Assembly: GCA_021324735.1 (NCBI GenBank)
Contig: JAJPIO010000008.1
Location: forward strand, 22,508-86,507
Direction of reading: 5' to 3'
Origin: Bacteroidota bacterium
Lineage (GTDB): Bacteria; Bacteroidota; Ignavibacteria; Palsa-1295
DNA length: 64,000 nucleotides
Shown one piece after another: positions 37,948-48,439 of the stretch. Made by a program: the position numbers and the translations under genes. Every line of letters begins with the position of its first letter. Position 1 is the first letter of the stretch. Below the pieces are notes generated by a model, which saw only the letters and a list, made by a program, of their open reading frames with translations, was not told where the DNA came from and did no database searches.

Positions 37948-40371
37948 ATGACACTAAGTAAAAATCTTTCTATCACGAAGAGCCTCCGCTCGCTCGTAAT
38001 CCTTGTGGTGCTCCTCGTTTCGGCGACTGTTGCGAATGCGCAGGAAGCCACGACCACACCTCAGGGTATCGACGCCGGTAATTATCTCTTTAACCTGGGT
38101 CTTACCGCAGGCTATCGCAGTTCGTCGTTGACGAATGCAGATGGCTCGGTCGATCCATGGTCGGAGAGGCGCTTTAACGAAGCGTATAATCTTCAGACGG
38201 GACTCAACCTCAACTCCTTCTATTTCTACGGACAAAAGAAGGGCACGGAGGGATTCTTCGATGAGCTGTACGCAACTGCTTCCGGCATTAACGATCCGTT
38301 CACGACGGGCAGCTTACGGATGCGATCGTTCAACTCGTACGATCTGAAGATCGACTTCCGCCAGCAGAAGTACTACCTCAATCGTAACGATTCGATCCTT
38401 TCCGGTCTGCACAAATTCGACTTCGCACGTTCGACGTTCAATGCATCCCTCGATGTCAATGCATCGGATAACGTCAAAGTCAATTTGCAGTATAACCAGA
38501 CGGGACGTAACGGCAATGCGACCTACACGCACAATGCAATGCTCGATGCGCTCAGCGCTCCGGGGTATTCGCAAGGACCGTTCTGGGTAAGCATTCCGCG
38601 TAACGATGAGACCAAGGACTTCCTGGCCTCGATCAACTGGAAAGCAGATCCCTCCACCGCGATCACGGTCGGTGGCGGACTTCGCTCCTATACTCAGCAG
38701 CTTAATGGCTCATTACTCGCCGATAGCTCGCTTCCGCTTACCTATATTAATCTTGGTCCTGGTGTCTACACCTACGATCCGACGAAGCAGCCTCTTATCA
38801 ATGACTTCTCGGGTATGTACGGTGCGTACATCGCGCCAAGCACAAAAGCGGGTGCGTCGGTCAGTGGTACCAATCCGTTGTGGATGAATAATTACGCGTA
38901 CTCGGAGAACCGCGACAGCAAGACGCCATACTTCTTCTTCGAAGGCTCTTCTCATCCGATGGATAAGCTCGACGTTACGGCGAACGTCTCGTACGAAAGC
39001 ACAGACATGAAGCCGACGATCAGCTTCAATCAGGGTGGCTGGGCTGGTGGCCTGGTAAAGCAAGGCACCAACTACGTTACTTCCGATTCGTCCTATCTCT
39101 ACACGATGCAGGGCAGCGGTATGGAGTTAAAGACCTCCCATTTGAACGCCTCGTTGAACCTCGTTGGACAACTGATGGACGAACTCTCCATCACCGGACG
39201 CTATCAGTACAACACAAGCAGTGAGGACGGCAACGGTTCCTACCTCTACAATGTGCAAATGTACCTGAAGAATGGCTCCGCCGGTAAGGACACGGGCACC
39301 ACAGCAAGCATGCTCTCCAGCTATAAAACGACTCAGCAAGTGATCGAGGGATTCCTGAATTACTCGCCGATCGAAATGCTTGCAGTAAAAGCCGGCGTGC
39401 AATATTCGATGACGACTCCGACGGTCGCGCTTACCACGCCGATCACGGGTATTCAGGAAACGCCGGACTCACTCACCAATGCGATCCTTTCGCAGAAGAT
39501 CAACAACTTCACACCGTACATTAATTTTAATTTACGGCCGTCGAAAGACTATCGTATTGATGGACGCTACAGTCATACGACCAGCACCGAGTACAATGCA
39601 GCAGGTACGCAGGTCGATCAGACCGTACGTATCGATCCGAACACGAGCGATAATTACTCGGTCGGTATCCAGGGCTCGCCGATGGACCACTTCACTGGCT
39701 CTCTGCGCTACACGGGACGCGTTGGTAAGTCAACGTTCCTGGCTACGACCGTTCAGAACGGAACGATCGGTGGCGAAGTACGCCGTCAGATCACGCTGGA
39801 TGCTCGTCCGTACGATAACGAAATGTCGTCGATCGATGCATCGATCGGCTATTCGTTCTCGAAGATGTTCTCCGTCTTCGTTTCGGGCGAATATCGTAAT
39901 AACAAGTACGCTATTCCGTGCACGTGGGGTACGATCGCGAACGGTGGTACTTCGCTATTCGCACAAGCGACCTATGGCGACTCCGGTACCGAAGTCATCT
40001 CGCAGAATACGATCGATCGCTTTATCGATATGACACTGCGTTTGAACCCGATCGATCCGTTGCACATCGAGGCCGGCTTCGCACTTAACTCCACGAGTGG
40101 TGGTACGAACGTAGACACCTCGATGAAGAGCCTCTACAACGCTCAGACGAACCCGACAGGTGTTTACCAGGACCGCATGCTCTATGGCGGACCGTACTCC
40201 TCCTACGATCTCCATGCGCAGATCGCCTATGACATTACGCCGAATGTAGGCATCATGGCTGATTACCAGCTTGTGCAATACAAAGAGGATAAAGTCAGTT
40301 GGGCGGATTTCTACGCGTTGAACAACTATAAAGCGAGCCTGTTACGAGGCGGATTCAGCCTGAAGTTCTAA
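37948..40371 (+). CDS. MtrB/MtoB/PioB-like large outer-membrane beta-barrel
   Basis: 12 bp after the decaheme gene with an AGGAGG RBS; signal peptide, 807 aa of amphipathic strands, C-terminal FSLKF, no CxxCH. Confidence 0.82.
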   Translation: MTLSKNLSITKSLRSLVILVVLLVSATVANAQEATTTPQGIDAGNYLFNLGLTAGYRSSSLTNADGSVDPWSERRFNEAYNLQTGLNLNSFYFYGQKKGTEGFFDELYATASGINDPFTTGSLRMRSFNSYDLKIDFRQQKYYLNRNDSILSGLHKFDFARSTFNASLDVNASDNVKVNLQYNQTGRNGNATYTHNAMLDALSAPGYSQGPFWVSIPRNDETKDFLASINWKADPSTAITVGGGLRSYTQQLNGSLLADSSLPLTYINLGPGVYTYDPTKQPLINDFSGMYGAYIAPSTKAGASVSGTNPLWMNNYAYSENRDSKTPYFFFEGSSHPMDKLDVTANVSYESTDMKPTISFNQGGWAGGLVKQGTNYVTSDSSYLYTMQGSGMELKTSHLNASLNLVGQLMDELSITGRYQYNTSSEDGNGSYLYNVQMYLKNGSAGKDTGTTASMLSSYKTTQQVIEGFLNYSPIEMLAVKAGVQYSMTTPTVALTTPITGIQETPDSLTNAILSQKINNFTPYINFNLRPSKDYRIDGRYSHTTSTEYNAAGTQVDQTVRIDPNTSDNYSVGIQGSPMDHFTGSLRYTGRVGKSTFLATTVQNGTIGGEVRRQITLDARPYDNEMSSIDASIGYSFSKMFSVFVSGEYRNNKYAIPCTWGTIANGGTSLFAQATYGDSGTEVISQNTIDRFIDMTLRLNPIDPLHIEAGFALNSTSGGTNVDTSMKSLYNAQTNPTGVYQDRMLYGGPYSSYDLHAQIAYDITPNVGIMADYQLVQYKEDKVSWADFYALNNYKASLLRGGFSLKF

Positions 40372-40423
40372 AGTCGATTCCTAAGCTTTTCGAAGCTTAC
40401 GATCTGAATAAAGAAGAGCAACC

Positions 40424-40456
40424 ACGCCGGCAGCAATGCCGGCGTTTTTTATTTTT
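40424..40456 (+). terminator. Intrinsic terminator after the porin gene
   Basis: acgccggca-gcaa-tgccggcgt followed by a T-run. Confidence 0.85.
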
Positions 40457-40468
40457 GTCACATAAAGA

Positions 40469-40575
40469 GGATTGATTTTTAAAGATTAAAAAGATATTTC
40501 TCTTACAAGATCAATGATCCTTTCAATCTTTAAAAATCAATCCAGATAATCCATCCAATCCAGTGAATCCTGGTT
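40469..40575. repeat. GGATT/AATCC-periodic intergenic repeat, copy 2, with perfect 19-bp inverted repeat
   Basis: ggattgatttttaaagatt (40469-40487) pairs with aatctttaaaaatcaatcc (40525-40543); followed by aatccatcc-aatccagtg-aatcctggtt. Confidence 0.75.
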
Positions 40576-43249
40576 AAAGCAGTTTCTTCCACTCCGCGAT
40601 CTTGTTCATCGCTTCAATTGGAGTGAGGTTGTTAAGATCGAGCGATCGTAACTCGCTGGCTACGGTATCAGCTTTTTCGTCTCCGAATGTTTCGCGAAGT
40701 TTAGTGAGCCGTTCTTCGCGGGTTGTACGCTCTAAAAATGGAATATCGCGCTGAATATTTGCTTCAGCGATCTTAAGCTCTGTTTCCTCGAGCGAGCGTA
40801 GTATCTCTCTCGCGCGATCGATCACATCCGGCGGAATACCAGCCATTGCGGCTACCTCGATACCGTAGGAGTGATCTGCAAATCCTGGAGCGATCTTGTG
40901 AAGAAAATGAACTTTGCCTTCGGCCTCGCGTACCTCCACTTTGAGATTGTGTATGCGCGGATTCCGGTCGGCAAGCGCGTTGAGCTCGTGATAATGCGTT
41001 GCAAAGAGCGTACGAGCACCTGGAAGATTATCATGCAGGTGTTCGGCAATTGCCCACGCGATCGAAATACCGTCAAAGGTCGATGTGCCACGACCTAACT
41101 CATCGAAGAGTAAAAGAGAATTCTTCGTGGCGTTGCTCAGGATATTCGCAGCTTCGTTCATTTCGACTAAGAATGTCGATTCGCCACTTGCTACGTTATC
41201 GCTTGCGCCAACGCGTGCGAAGATGCGATCCAGAATTGGGAAGCTTGCTTTCGTTGCCGGCACGAACGAACCAGCGTGAGCCAGATAAGCGAGAATGCCG
41301 GTCTGGCGCAGATAGACCGATTTACCGGCCATGTTTGGTCCGGTGATGATGTAGAATTCAAACTCGCCCGGCTTAAAGAGTACGCTATTGGGTGTGAAGC
41401 GCTCACCGACGGGCATTAATTTTTCAACTACCGGATGACGACCTTGTTCGATCGTGAGTTCGCCCGCATCATTGAATTCAGGCCGTATCCATTTGTGCTT
41501 TGTAGCTAATGCGGAAAATGTTGCGAGCACATCGATAAGAGCGATAAGCTCAGCATCGCGCTGCAAAACGAGCGTGTCCTGCAAAATTCGAGCACGCAGC
41601 CGATCGATCATTTCGCGTTCGATCGACATCATACGTTCTTCGGCCCCGAGGATCTTCGCTTCGTATTCCTTAAGCTCTTTTGTAATATAGCGCTCGGCGT
41701 TCGTCATGGTCTGACGACGCTCGTAGTCCTCTGGTACTTTCGCCTGATTCGCCTTCGATACTTCGATGTAATATCCAAAGACGTTATTATAATCGACCTT
41801 CAGCGATGAGATGCCCGTGCGCTCTCGCTCGCGCGTTTGGATATCAAGCAACCGATCGCGACTATTGCGGGTGAGGGAGCGAAGATCGTCCAACTCTGTA
41901 TTCGCACCGTCGCGAATTACGCCAAGGTGAGCGATCGTTGCCGGAGACTCCGGCGCAATGATCTTGTCGATCTCTTCGGCAAGCGCTTGCAATGGGTCCA
42001 ACTCCTTTGCAACGTGAGCAAGTACGCTGTTGCTGTTCGGTATGTCCTTTACGTCTCCCGAAAGCCTCTTTATCTCCGGCAAATGCCACAGTGAGAACTT
42101 GAGCATGAGGAAATCGCGAGGCGAAAGAATGCGCGCACTTGCAAAGCGCCCGACGAGGCGCTCCATATCACCCAATTCGCGAAGCTCCATGCGAAGTTTA
42201 TCTCGGGTTTCGCGGTCGTTCGTCAGCAGTTCAATGGCATCGAGCCGTTGATTGATGCGCTCTTTGCTGCGGAGAGGGCGAGCCAGCCACCGTCGTAACA
42301 GACGCGCACCCATTGGAGTAGACGTTTCATCTAAAACGGCGAGAAGCGACGAATCTTTGGAATCGCCCTGCAACGGTGCAAAGATCTCGAGGTTACGACG
42401 TGTCGTATTATCGAGTGTCAGGAAATCCTTCGCGTCATAGAGCGAGATATGAGTGATATGGCTCAGATTCGATTGTGAACGCGTCTCTCGCAAATAATCG
42501 AGCACGGCACCAGCGGCTGTCATACCAAGCGATAGCTCTTCAATGCCAAAACCTTTAAGACTTGTCGTCTTAAAATGCTGCAAGAGAAGTTCGCGGGCCG
42601 TCTCCTGATGAAAGATCCAATCTTCACGCCTTGTGATGGAAGGCTTTCGGGAAAGAGCAATAAAATAGGGAGCAAGCTCTATCCGGCTAACATCTTTACG
42701 AGCTACCAGCAACTCTGATATACCGATCGACTCGAGATGTTCTGAAAGTTGTGACTCGGCAATTTCACCAGCGACGAACTCGCCGGTTGACACATCGGCG
42801 TAAGCGAGCCCGGCCAGTCCGTTCTGGATCAAGATAGAACCGACGTAGGTATTACGCGAGATCTCGAGCAATTTTTCACTCGTCTGAACCCCGGGTGTTA
42901 CCACCTCAACGACATCGCGCTTAACGATACCTTTAGCGAGCTTTGGGTCCTCGAGTTGTTCGCAAACGGCGACGCGAAAACCTGCGCGGATCATCTTTGG
43001 CAGATACGAATCCAGTTGATGGTGCGGGAAACCGGCGAGCTCGATCTCACTGGCTGAACCGTTGCCTCGCTTCGTAAGCACAATGCCCGTTACTTTCGAG
43101 GTTGTAATAGCGTCTTCTCCAAACGTCTCGAAAAAATCGCCCATGCGGAAGAAGAGGATCGTCTCTGGATACTTTGCCTTGATGGAGTGATATTGCTTCA
43201 TCAAGGGAGTCATTTTTTCCTGGGCAGATTTTGACGGGGCAGAGTTCAT
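40574..43249 (-). CDS. mutS: DNA mismatch repair protein MutS
   Basis: TPLMKQY, FFRMGDFFE, GRHPVVE, ITGPNMAGKS, STFLVEM, DELGRGTS, FATHYHEL, SYGIEVA. Confidence 0.98.
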   Translation of the reverse strand: MNSAPSKSAQEKMTPLMKQYHSIKAKYPETILFFRMGDFFETFGEDAITTSKVTGIVLTKRGNGSASEIELAGFPHHQLDSYLPKMIRAGFRVAVCEQLEDPKLAKGIVKRDVVEVVTPGVQTSEKLLEISRNTYVGSILIQNGLAGLAYADVSTGEFVAGEIAESQLSEHLESIGISELLVARKDVSRIELAPYFIALSRKPSITRREDWIFHQETARELLLQHFKTTSLKGFGIEELSLGMTAAGAVLDYLRETRSQSNLSHITHISLYDAKDFLTLDNTTRRNLEIFAPLQGDSKDSSLLAVLDETSTPMGARLLRRWLARPLRSKERINQRLDAIELLTNDRETRDKLRMELRELGDMERLVGRFASARILSPRDFLMLKFSLWHLPEIKRLSGDVKDIPNSNSVLAHVAKELDPLQALAEEIDKIIAPESPATIAHLGVIRDGANTELDDLRSLTRNSRDRLLDIQTRERERTGISSLKVDYNNVFGYYIEVSKANQAKVPEDYERRQTMTNAERYITKELKEYEAKILGAEERMMSIEREMIDRLRARILQDTLVLQRDAELIALIDVLATFSALATKHKWIRPEFNDAGELTIEQGRHPVVEKLMPVGERFTPNSVLFKPGEFEFYIITGPNMAGKSVYLRQTGILAYLAHAGSFVPATKASFPILDRIFARVGASDNVASGESTFLVEMNEAANILSNATKNSLLLFDELGRGTSTFDGISIAWAIAEHLHDNLPGARTLFATHYHELNALADRNPRIHNLKVEVREAEGKVHFLHKIAPGFADHSYGIEVAAMAGIPPDVIDRAREILRSLEETELKIAEANIQRDIPFLERTTREERLTKLRETFGDEKADTVASELRSLDLNNLTPIEAMNKIAEWKKLL

Positions 43250-43312
43250 AGTTTTATCAACGCGCGCAGCGTAAGTTTCAGATTCGTCGAGGACCAATAC
43301 AAATCTTAAAAA

Positions 43313-44026
43313 TCAGCACCGGGCCTGTTTTTTCTTTTTACCAATGCGTCCCATCTTTTCGATCTTCGTGATATATTCCACGACGCTCGGTACTTTGCAC
43401 TCGGTGCCGTCCACCTCGACCGTTACAGCGCCGATGAACTTACCGGCTTCTTTAGCGGTCGCTGTAAGACCTGGCACGTAAGCACCTGCGCCGATAAGGA
43501 AAGCGTTCATCGCATAGCGTACTTTATCGGGTGCTTTGTGAATCTCCTTCTTCACTCGATCGATCAGTTTCGAGACCGCTTTCATATCGATCTTTTCATC
43601 GGGCGTGATCGATAGATAGCTTGTTAACGTAGACCATCCCGCACCAGCGATATGTGGCTCCTTAGCATCGATCCACTTAAGGCCTAACTCCCATCCATGA
43701 TCGCTTTCAGCAGCGACCCAGGGCACGGTGTACTCGGCGATGCCTGCGTAGGCAGTTTTTACCCATCCTTCCAGGTCTTTTTTCGATATCTTCTTTTCGT
43801 CGGCAATTAGGCCGGCAAGGTACATTGCATCGTAGTTGCCAGTGGAATAGAGCGCGAGGGAAAGATCGTGGTCTTTCTTCACCTTTTTGACGATATTTTT
43901 CATATCGCCCACTTTGACGCCAAAAAGCGGCTCGCAGGCCCCGTGTCGCATTAGCGTCTTTTTTGTCTGCTCGCTTCCCATCCTGGAAAGCTCCCGTAGG
44001 ACTTCATTTTTTGTCATGGTGCTCAT
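43313..44026 (-). CDS. DNA alkylation repair (AlkD-like HEAT-repeat) protein
   Basis: FGVKVGD, KKDHDLSLALY.TGNYDAMYLAGLI, RYAMN.FLI, T.CKVP. Confidence 0.85.
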   Translation of the reverse strand: MSTMTKNEVLRELSRMGSEQTKKTLMRHGACEPLFGVKVGDMKNIVKKVKKDHDLSLALYSTGNYDAMYLAGLIADEKKISKKDLEGWVKTAYAGIAEYTVPWVAAESDHGWELGLKWIDAKEPHIAGAGWSTLTSYLSITPDEKIDMKAVSKLIDRVKKEIHKAPDKVRYAMNAFLIGAGAYVPGLTATAKEAGKFIGAVTVEVDGTECKVPSVVEYITKIEKMGRIGKKKKQARC

Positions 44027-44191
44027 AATCAGGGCTTCTAAGATACTACTTTTACGAGTGGGTGTAGGCGGAAGTGCTACGGATGGGGCCTATTTGTATA
44101 GGAATTTGCAACTCCATCGCCAGCAAGCCGTAATTCTTCCGTATTTTCGCACTCCGCAAACCCGAACGGGGCAAACGGAAGTTCAGTAATA

Positions 44192-44689
44192 ATGCTACTC
44201 GGACCAAAACTCATCGAACGCCTTGCCGAAACGCTGGAAGGTATAGCCATTTCCAATGCGCGTGATTTTGCGAACGACGATCGTCGTGAAGCCAGCGTCC
44301 TGATCTATCATGCCGATCGCTCAGCCGATGGACCCGTAGCAGGTGAGAGCCCATTGCTTGAGCTAAGCCTTACAGAAGCTGGCAGCGAGGCGTCACTCAT
44401 GGCAAGCTCCGCACTCGGGATCGTGGAGTTGCACGGTATCGAAGAGGTACGCTTGCTCGAAGCTACGGAAGAGGCAGCGTTTTATGCACGACCAAGACCG
44501 GGTTGGCTTTCCGTCCTTACCGTTAGTTCGCGCGGCGTTATGCAGGTCTATATGAATGTTGCCGAATCCCTCATTGATGCGGAATTGACCGAGGTCTCCG
44601 ATGACGATCTTCGCGCGGCCGTTGCATTAAAGATCTTTGCGGAGAATGCCGAGATCTTTAAGAGTGAAGTGGCTTCTTCCCAGGCATAG
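44192..44689 (+). CDS. Hypothetical protein
   Basis: Clean acidic 165-aa ORF leading the ybeY-smg-topA run. Confidence 0.65.
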   Translation: MLLGPKLIERLAETLEGIAISNARDFANDDRREASVLIYHADRSADGPVAGESPLLELSLTEAGSEASLMASSALGIVELHGIEEVRLLEATEEAAFYARPRPGWLSVLTVSSRGVMQVYMNVAESLIDAELTEVSDDDLRAAVALKIFAENAEIFKSEVASSQA

Positions 44690-44715
44690 CGGCGGTTCTT
44701 ATTGAGCTACTATAG

Positions 44716-45168
44716 TTGAAGTACTCATTCTCTCTTACTCAAACACGATCATCCCGAAAGAGCACCGTTATCTCACGGGAGCTTAGAGCAACCATGCGAG
44801 AAGCAGCGGCACGAGTTGCTTCGACCGAGCTACCAGAGCTTAAAGAGTTTACGCTTTTGGTTGTTGCAATGTCCGATGACGAACTGTTAGAGCTTAACCA
44901 AACTTCGCTCGGCCACAACTGGCTTACGGACGTGATCACGTTCGAGATCGAGCGGTCGAACGAATCCCTCGAGGCGGAGATATACATCAGTGTAGACAGG
45001 GCAAAAGAAAATGCCCAAAGGTTCAAGCAGGACTTTGAATTAGAACTCGTTCATCTCGTCGTGCATGGGGTGTTGCATCTCGCTGGTTACGACGACAAGA
45101 ATGAGGCAAAAAAGAAACGAATGCGTATACGAGAGCGTTGGTATCTCGCTGAGCTTCGCCCTTCATGA
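44716..45168 (+). CDS. ybeY: rRNA maturation endoribonuclease YbeY
   Basis: LN...H..LTDVITF, EIYIS, HGVLHLAGYDD, M...E. Confidence 0.92.
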   Translation: MKYSFSLTQTRSSRKSTVISRELRATMREAAARVASTELPELKEFTLLVVAMSDDELLELNQTSLGHNWLTDVITFEIERSNESLEAEIYISVDRAKENAQRFKQDFELELVHLVVHGVLHLAGYDDKNEAKKKRMRIRERWYLAELRPS

Positions 45169-45253
45169 TATGGCTCAGCTTGGTGCGACGTCGTCAACTA
45201 TTCGCCCCGTTTGGTTATGACTACGCCCAGTTCTCATTCGTGGAGCGATCGAT

Positions 45254-45802
45254 ATGAACGCTGATCAAACAATCGAAAGACTGTCCGGTATTCCTGATTC
45301 TGGAAGAGAGAGAATTATGGAAATAATTCTTTTCTTACTCTCAGAAATGCGAGAAGATAAGCAACTCATGGATATCGATCTCAAGCCTCTTTCCTCGCGC
45401 GGATTTAGCCAGACTGAAATCTCAACCGCATTCTCCTGGCTGATCGACAAATTTTCTATGGGACTGGATAGTGAAAATCCTGTCCTACTTGCGGTTCCAT
45501 TCGGGAAGAAGAGCATGTTAGATCCTACCAAGAGTGCATCGGAAGTAAGTTTCCGGGTCTACCATGAAGTAGAGCGTTCGGTGATCTCTCCCGAAGCACA
45601 AGGGTTTCTGCTCCAAATGGTCGAGCTTGGTCTTATGAGCGATGCTGAAATGGAAGCACTGGTTGATCGTATTATGCTCTCCGGTGTTCCCTCGGCGTCC
45701 ATTGAGGATGTTAAGCAGTTGGTCTCTGCCACCGTGTTTAACTTCGACTCGTCCATTCCACAAGGCCGTATCATGTGGGGTGGCTCCGACCGGGTACACT
45801 AA
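45254..45802 (+). CDS. Smg / DUF494 family protein
   Basis: L..RGFSQTEISTAFSWL, FRVYHEVE, EAQGFL...LG; typical position before topA. Confidence 0.85.
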   Translation: MNADQTIERLSGIPDSGRERIMEIILFLLSEMREDKQLMDIDLKPLSSRGFSQTEISTAFSWLIDKFSMGLDSENPVLLAVPFGKKSMLDPTKSASEVSFRVYHEVERSVISPEAQGFLLQMVELGLMSDAEMEALVDRIMLSGVPSASIEDVKQLVSATVFNFDSSIPQGRIMWGGSDRVH

Positions 45803-45978
45803 ATCAGAAGAAATTATTCATTTAGGAAGCGCAGGTCTGCATTGCCTGCGCTTTTTGGCTTATTTTAGGATACTTTTTTGCTCTTCTTCGAAAGCGTGGA
45901 CACTCATTCTGAGAACTGCCTTTTGTTCATCCTGTGTTTGCCGCGCTTGGTGTCGCGTTTTTATCTAAAGGAAAAGCA

Positions 45979-48351
45979 TTGGCTAAGTCCAGTAAATCGC
46001 TCGTAATTGTCGAATCGCCAGCTAAGGCGAAAACGATCAATAAATACCTCGGGCCCGGCTATATCGTCGAGGCTTCGGTAGGTCACGTCAAGGATTTGCC
46101 CAAATCCAAACTCGGTGTCGATCTCGATAATGGCTTTGCCCCTCACTACATGACGGTGAAGGGAAAGAAGGATATTATCGATCGGCTGAAGAAATTGGCC
46201 GCAAGTTCGAAAGAGATCTTCCTCGCAACCGATCCGGACCGCGAAGGTGAGGCTATTGCCTACCATCTTGCGAATGAAGTATCACCTAAGAATGCGAACG
46301 TCAAGCGCGTCCTCTTTAGCGAGATCACGAAGACCGGTATTAAAGAAGCGATGCTCCATCCGCGCGACGTCGATCGTGCACTGTTCGATGCGCAGCAAGC
46401 TCGTCGAGTGATGGACCGCATCATCGGCTATCAGGTTTCACCGATCCTTTGGAAGGCGTTTGTTGGCAAGAGTGCGGAAGCGCTCTCGGCTGGTCGCGTA
46501 CAGTCCGTAGCGTTGCGTCTTATTTGCGAGCGCGAAGAAGCGATCACCCGATTCCAACCGATCAGCTACTGGAATTTGTGGGGCGACTTTTCTACCGAAT
46601 CGACCGAATTCCCGATCCATGCTCGGCTGATTTCAGTCGATGGTTCAGAGCTTCGCAATCCGGAAGGTAGCGCACAAGATCTTTCGGAAGACGAGCGCAA
46701 AAGTTTTATTGGCGACGAAGCGACCGCGCGTGGTTTCGCTACCGATGCTCGCACCAAGACGTATCATATTTCGTCGATCACCAAGCGAGAGGTAAAGAAG
46801 AACCCACCACAACCATTCATAACCAGTTCACTTCAGGCAGCGGCAAGCAGCAAGCTCCGCTTAAATCCGCGCCGCACGATGGGCTTAGCGCAGCGCTTGT
46901 ACGAGGGTGTTGAACTCGGTGAAGAAGGTCTGACGGGTCTTATTACCTACATGCGTACCGATTCCACGCGCATTTCGCAGGAAGCGCGTGCGGAAGCGAT
47001 CGCGTATATCGAAGCCAATCATGGTGCACGGTATGTCGGGCAAGAGCGCAAGACAAAGCAGGGTAAGAATGCTCAGGAAGCGCACGAAGCGATCCGGCCC
47101 ACTTCGATGAAGAACGATCCGAAGTCTGTTCGGAAGTATCTCGAAGCAGAAGACAAAAATCTCTTCGCACTGTATGAACTTATTTGGAAGCGATTTATCG
47201 CAAGCCAGATGGCGCCTGCCGAACTGGACCAGACGACGGTCGAGATCGAATCGACGGAGAAAGAAGGTAGCCACTATCGCTTCCGCGCAAGTGGTTCGGT
47301 AATAACCTTCAACGGCTACATGCAGGTGATGGATGATGTCGATGATGCGCCGCAAGCCAAGAACGGTGAGTCAAGTGAAGCAGAAGGGCCGCGTCGACTT
47401 CCGAACGGCATTCGCGACGGTCAGATGGCGAACCTCGAGCATATCGATCTCCTTGATAGCCAGACAAAACCGCCACCACGATTTAGTGAAAGTACGCTAG
47501 TTAAGGAATTGGAGTCACTTGGTATCGGGCGACCATCAACGTATGCCTCGATCGTAACGACGATCCAGGACCGTGGCTACGTGGATCAGGAAGATCGCCG
47601 GTTGCATCCGACAACGCTTGGTCTCGATGTGAATCGCATTCTCGTCAAGAGCTTCCCCGAGATCTTTAACGTCGACTTTACGGCGCAGATGGAGGAAGAA
47701 CTTGACACCATCGCGGCGCACGAACGCACCTATGAAGCGGTCATGACCGATTTTTACGTGCCGTTCAAAGGTGTGCTCGATCAGGTAGAAGAACGCCTTG
47801 CCGAGGAATTACCGACTCGTGCATGCCCACACTGCGGCTCGACGAATACGGAAGTCAAGCCAGGTTGGTGGGGTATGTATCTCGAGTGTGCCGACTGCGG
47901 CAAAAAGACCTCGCTCAAGAACGAAGGCAAGCCCGCGCCGGAGAAAACGGGAGAGGCCTGCCCCGACTGTATCGCACGCAATGACGGCGAAGTTGGTGAA
48001 TTACTTGTCCGTTCGAGCCGATACGGTAAATTCATTGGCTGCAGCCGCTATCCAAAGTGCAAGTACACGCGTCAAATGCCGACAGGTATTAAGTGTCCGA
48101 AGTGCCATGTGGGTGATATTCAGGAACGGCGTGGTGGCAAAGGTAAGCGCAAGTTCTGGGGTTGCTCACGCTATCCGGACTGCGATTTCATTTCGAATGA
48201 TAAACCGGTAAATACCAATTGCCCGGTATGCAACAATAACTGGATCGCAACGAAATGGACACGCGACCGTGGCGAATTCCTCAAATGCCCTAACTGTAAA
48301 CGCGAGTTTACGGCTGAGATGAACGAAATAGCCTCCGAAGAAAAGGCCTAA
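45979..48351 (+). CDS. topA: DNA topoisomerase I
   Basis: LVIVESPAKAKTI, ATDPDREGEAI, SAGRVQS, LITYMRTDS, GIGRPSTY, C-terminal zinc ribbons. TTG start after AAGGA. Confidence 0.97.
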   Translation: MAKSSKSLVIVESPAKAKTINKYLGPGYIVEASVGHVKDLPKSKLGVDLDNGFAPHYMTVKGKKDIIDRLKKLAASSKEIFLATDPDREGEAIAYHLANEVSPKNANVKRVLFSEITKTGIKEAMLHPRDVDRALFDAQQARRVMDRIIGYQVSPILWKAFVGKSAEALSAGRVQSVALRLICEREEAITRFQPISYWNLWGDFSTESTEFPIHARLISVDGSELRNPEGSAQDLSEDERKSFIGDEATARGFATDARTKTYHISSITKREVKKNPPQPFITSSLQAAASSKLRLNPRRTMGLAQRLYEGVELGEEGLTGLITYMRTDSTRISQEARAEAIAYIEANHGARYVGQERKTKQGKNAQEAHEAIRPTSMKNDPKSVRKYLEAEDKNLFALYELIWKRFIASQMAPAELDQTTVEIESTEKEGSHYRFRASGSVITFNGYMQVMDDVDDAPQAKNGESSEAEGPRRLPNGIRDGQMANLEHIDLLDSQTKPPPRFSESTLVKELESLGIGRPSTYASIVTTIQDRGYVDQEDRRLHPTTLGLDVNRILVKSFPEIFNVDFTAQMEEELDTIAAHERTYEAVMTDFYVPFKGVLDQVEERLAEELPTRACPHCGSTNTEVKPGWWGMYLECADCGKKTSLKNEGKPAPEKTGEACPDCIARNDGEVGELLVRSSRYGKFIGCSRYPKCKYTRQMPTGIKCPKCHVGDIQERRGGKGKRKFWGCSRYPDCDFISNDKPVNTNCPVCNNNWIATKWTRDRGEFLKCPNCKREFTAEMNEIASEEKA

Positions 48352-48439
48352 GGGAGCTCCTGTAACCATAGGAATTATCGCCCGTAGGCCTAAGTTCGGT
48401 TTCATATACACACCATAGTTTAGTAACTTCTTCCTCTTC

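Noticed and set aside
22960-40573. Island as an active mobile element
   Set aside because: No integrase, transposase, tRNA or flanking direct repeats seen. Horizontal origin remains untested.
44716-45168. YbeY GYDD instead of GYDH
   Set aside because: To my knowledge a common variant in Bacteroidota-related YbeY, so not treated as novel.
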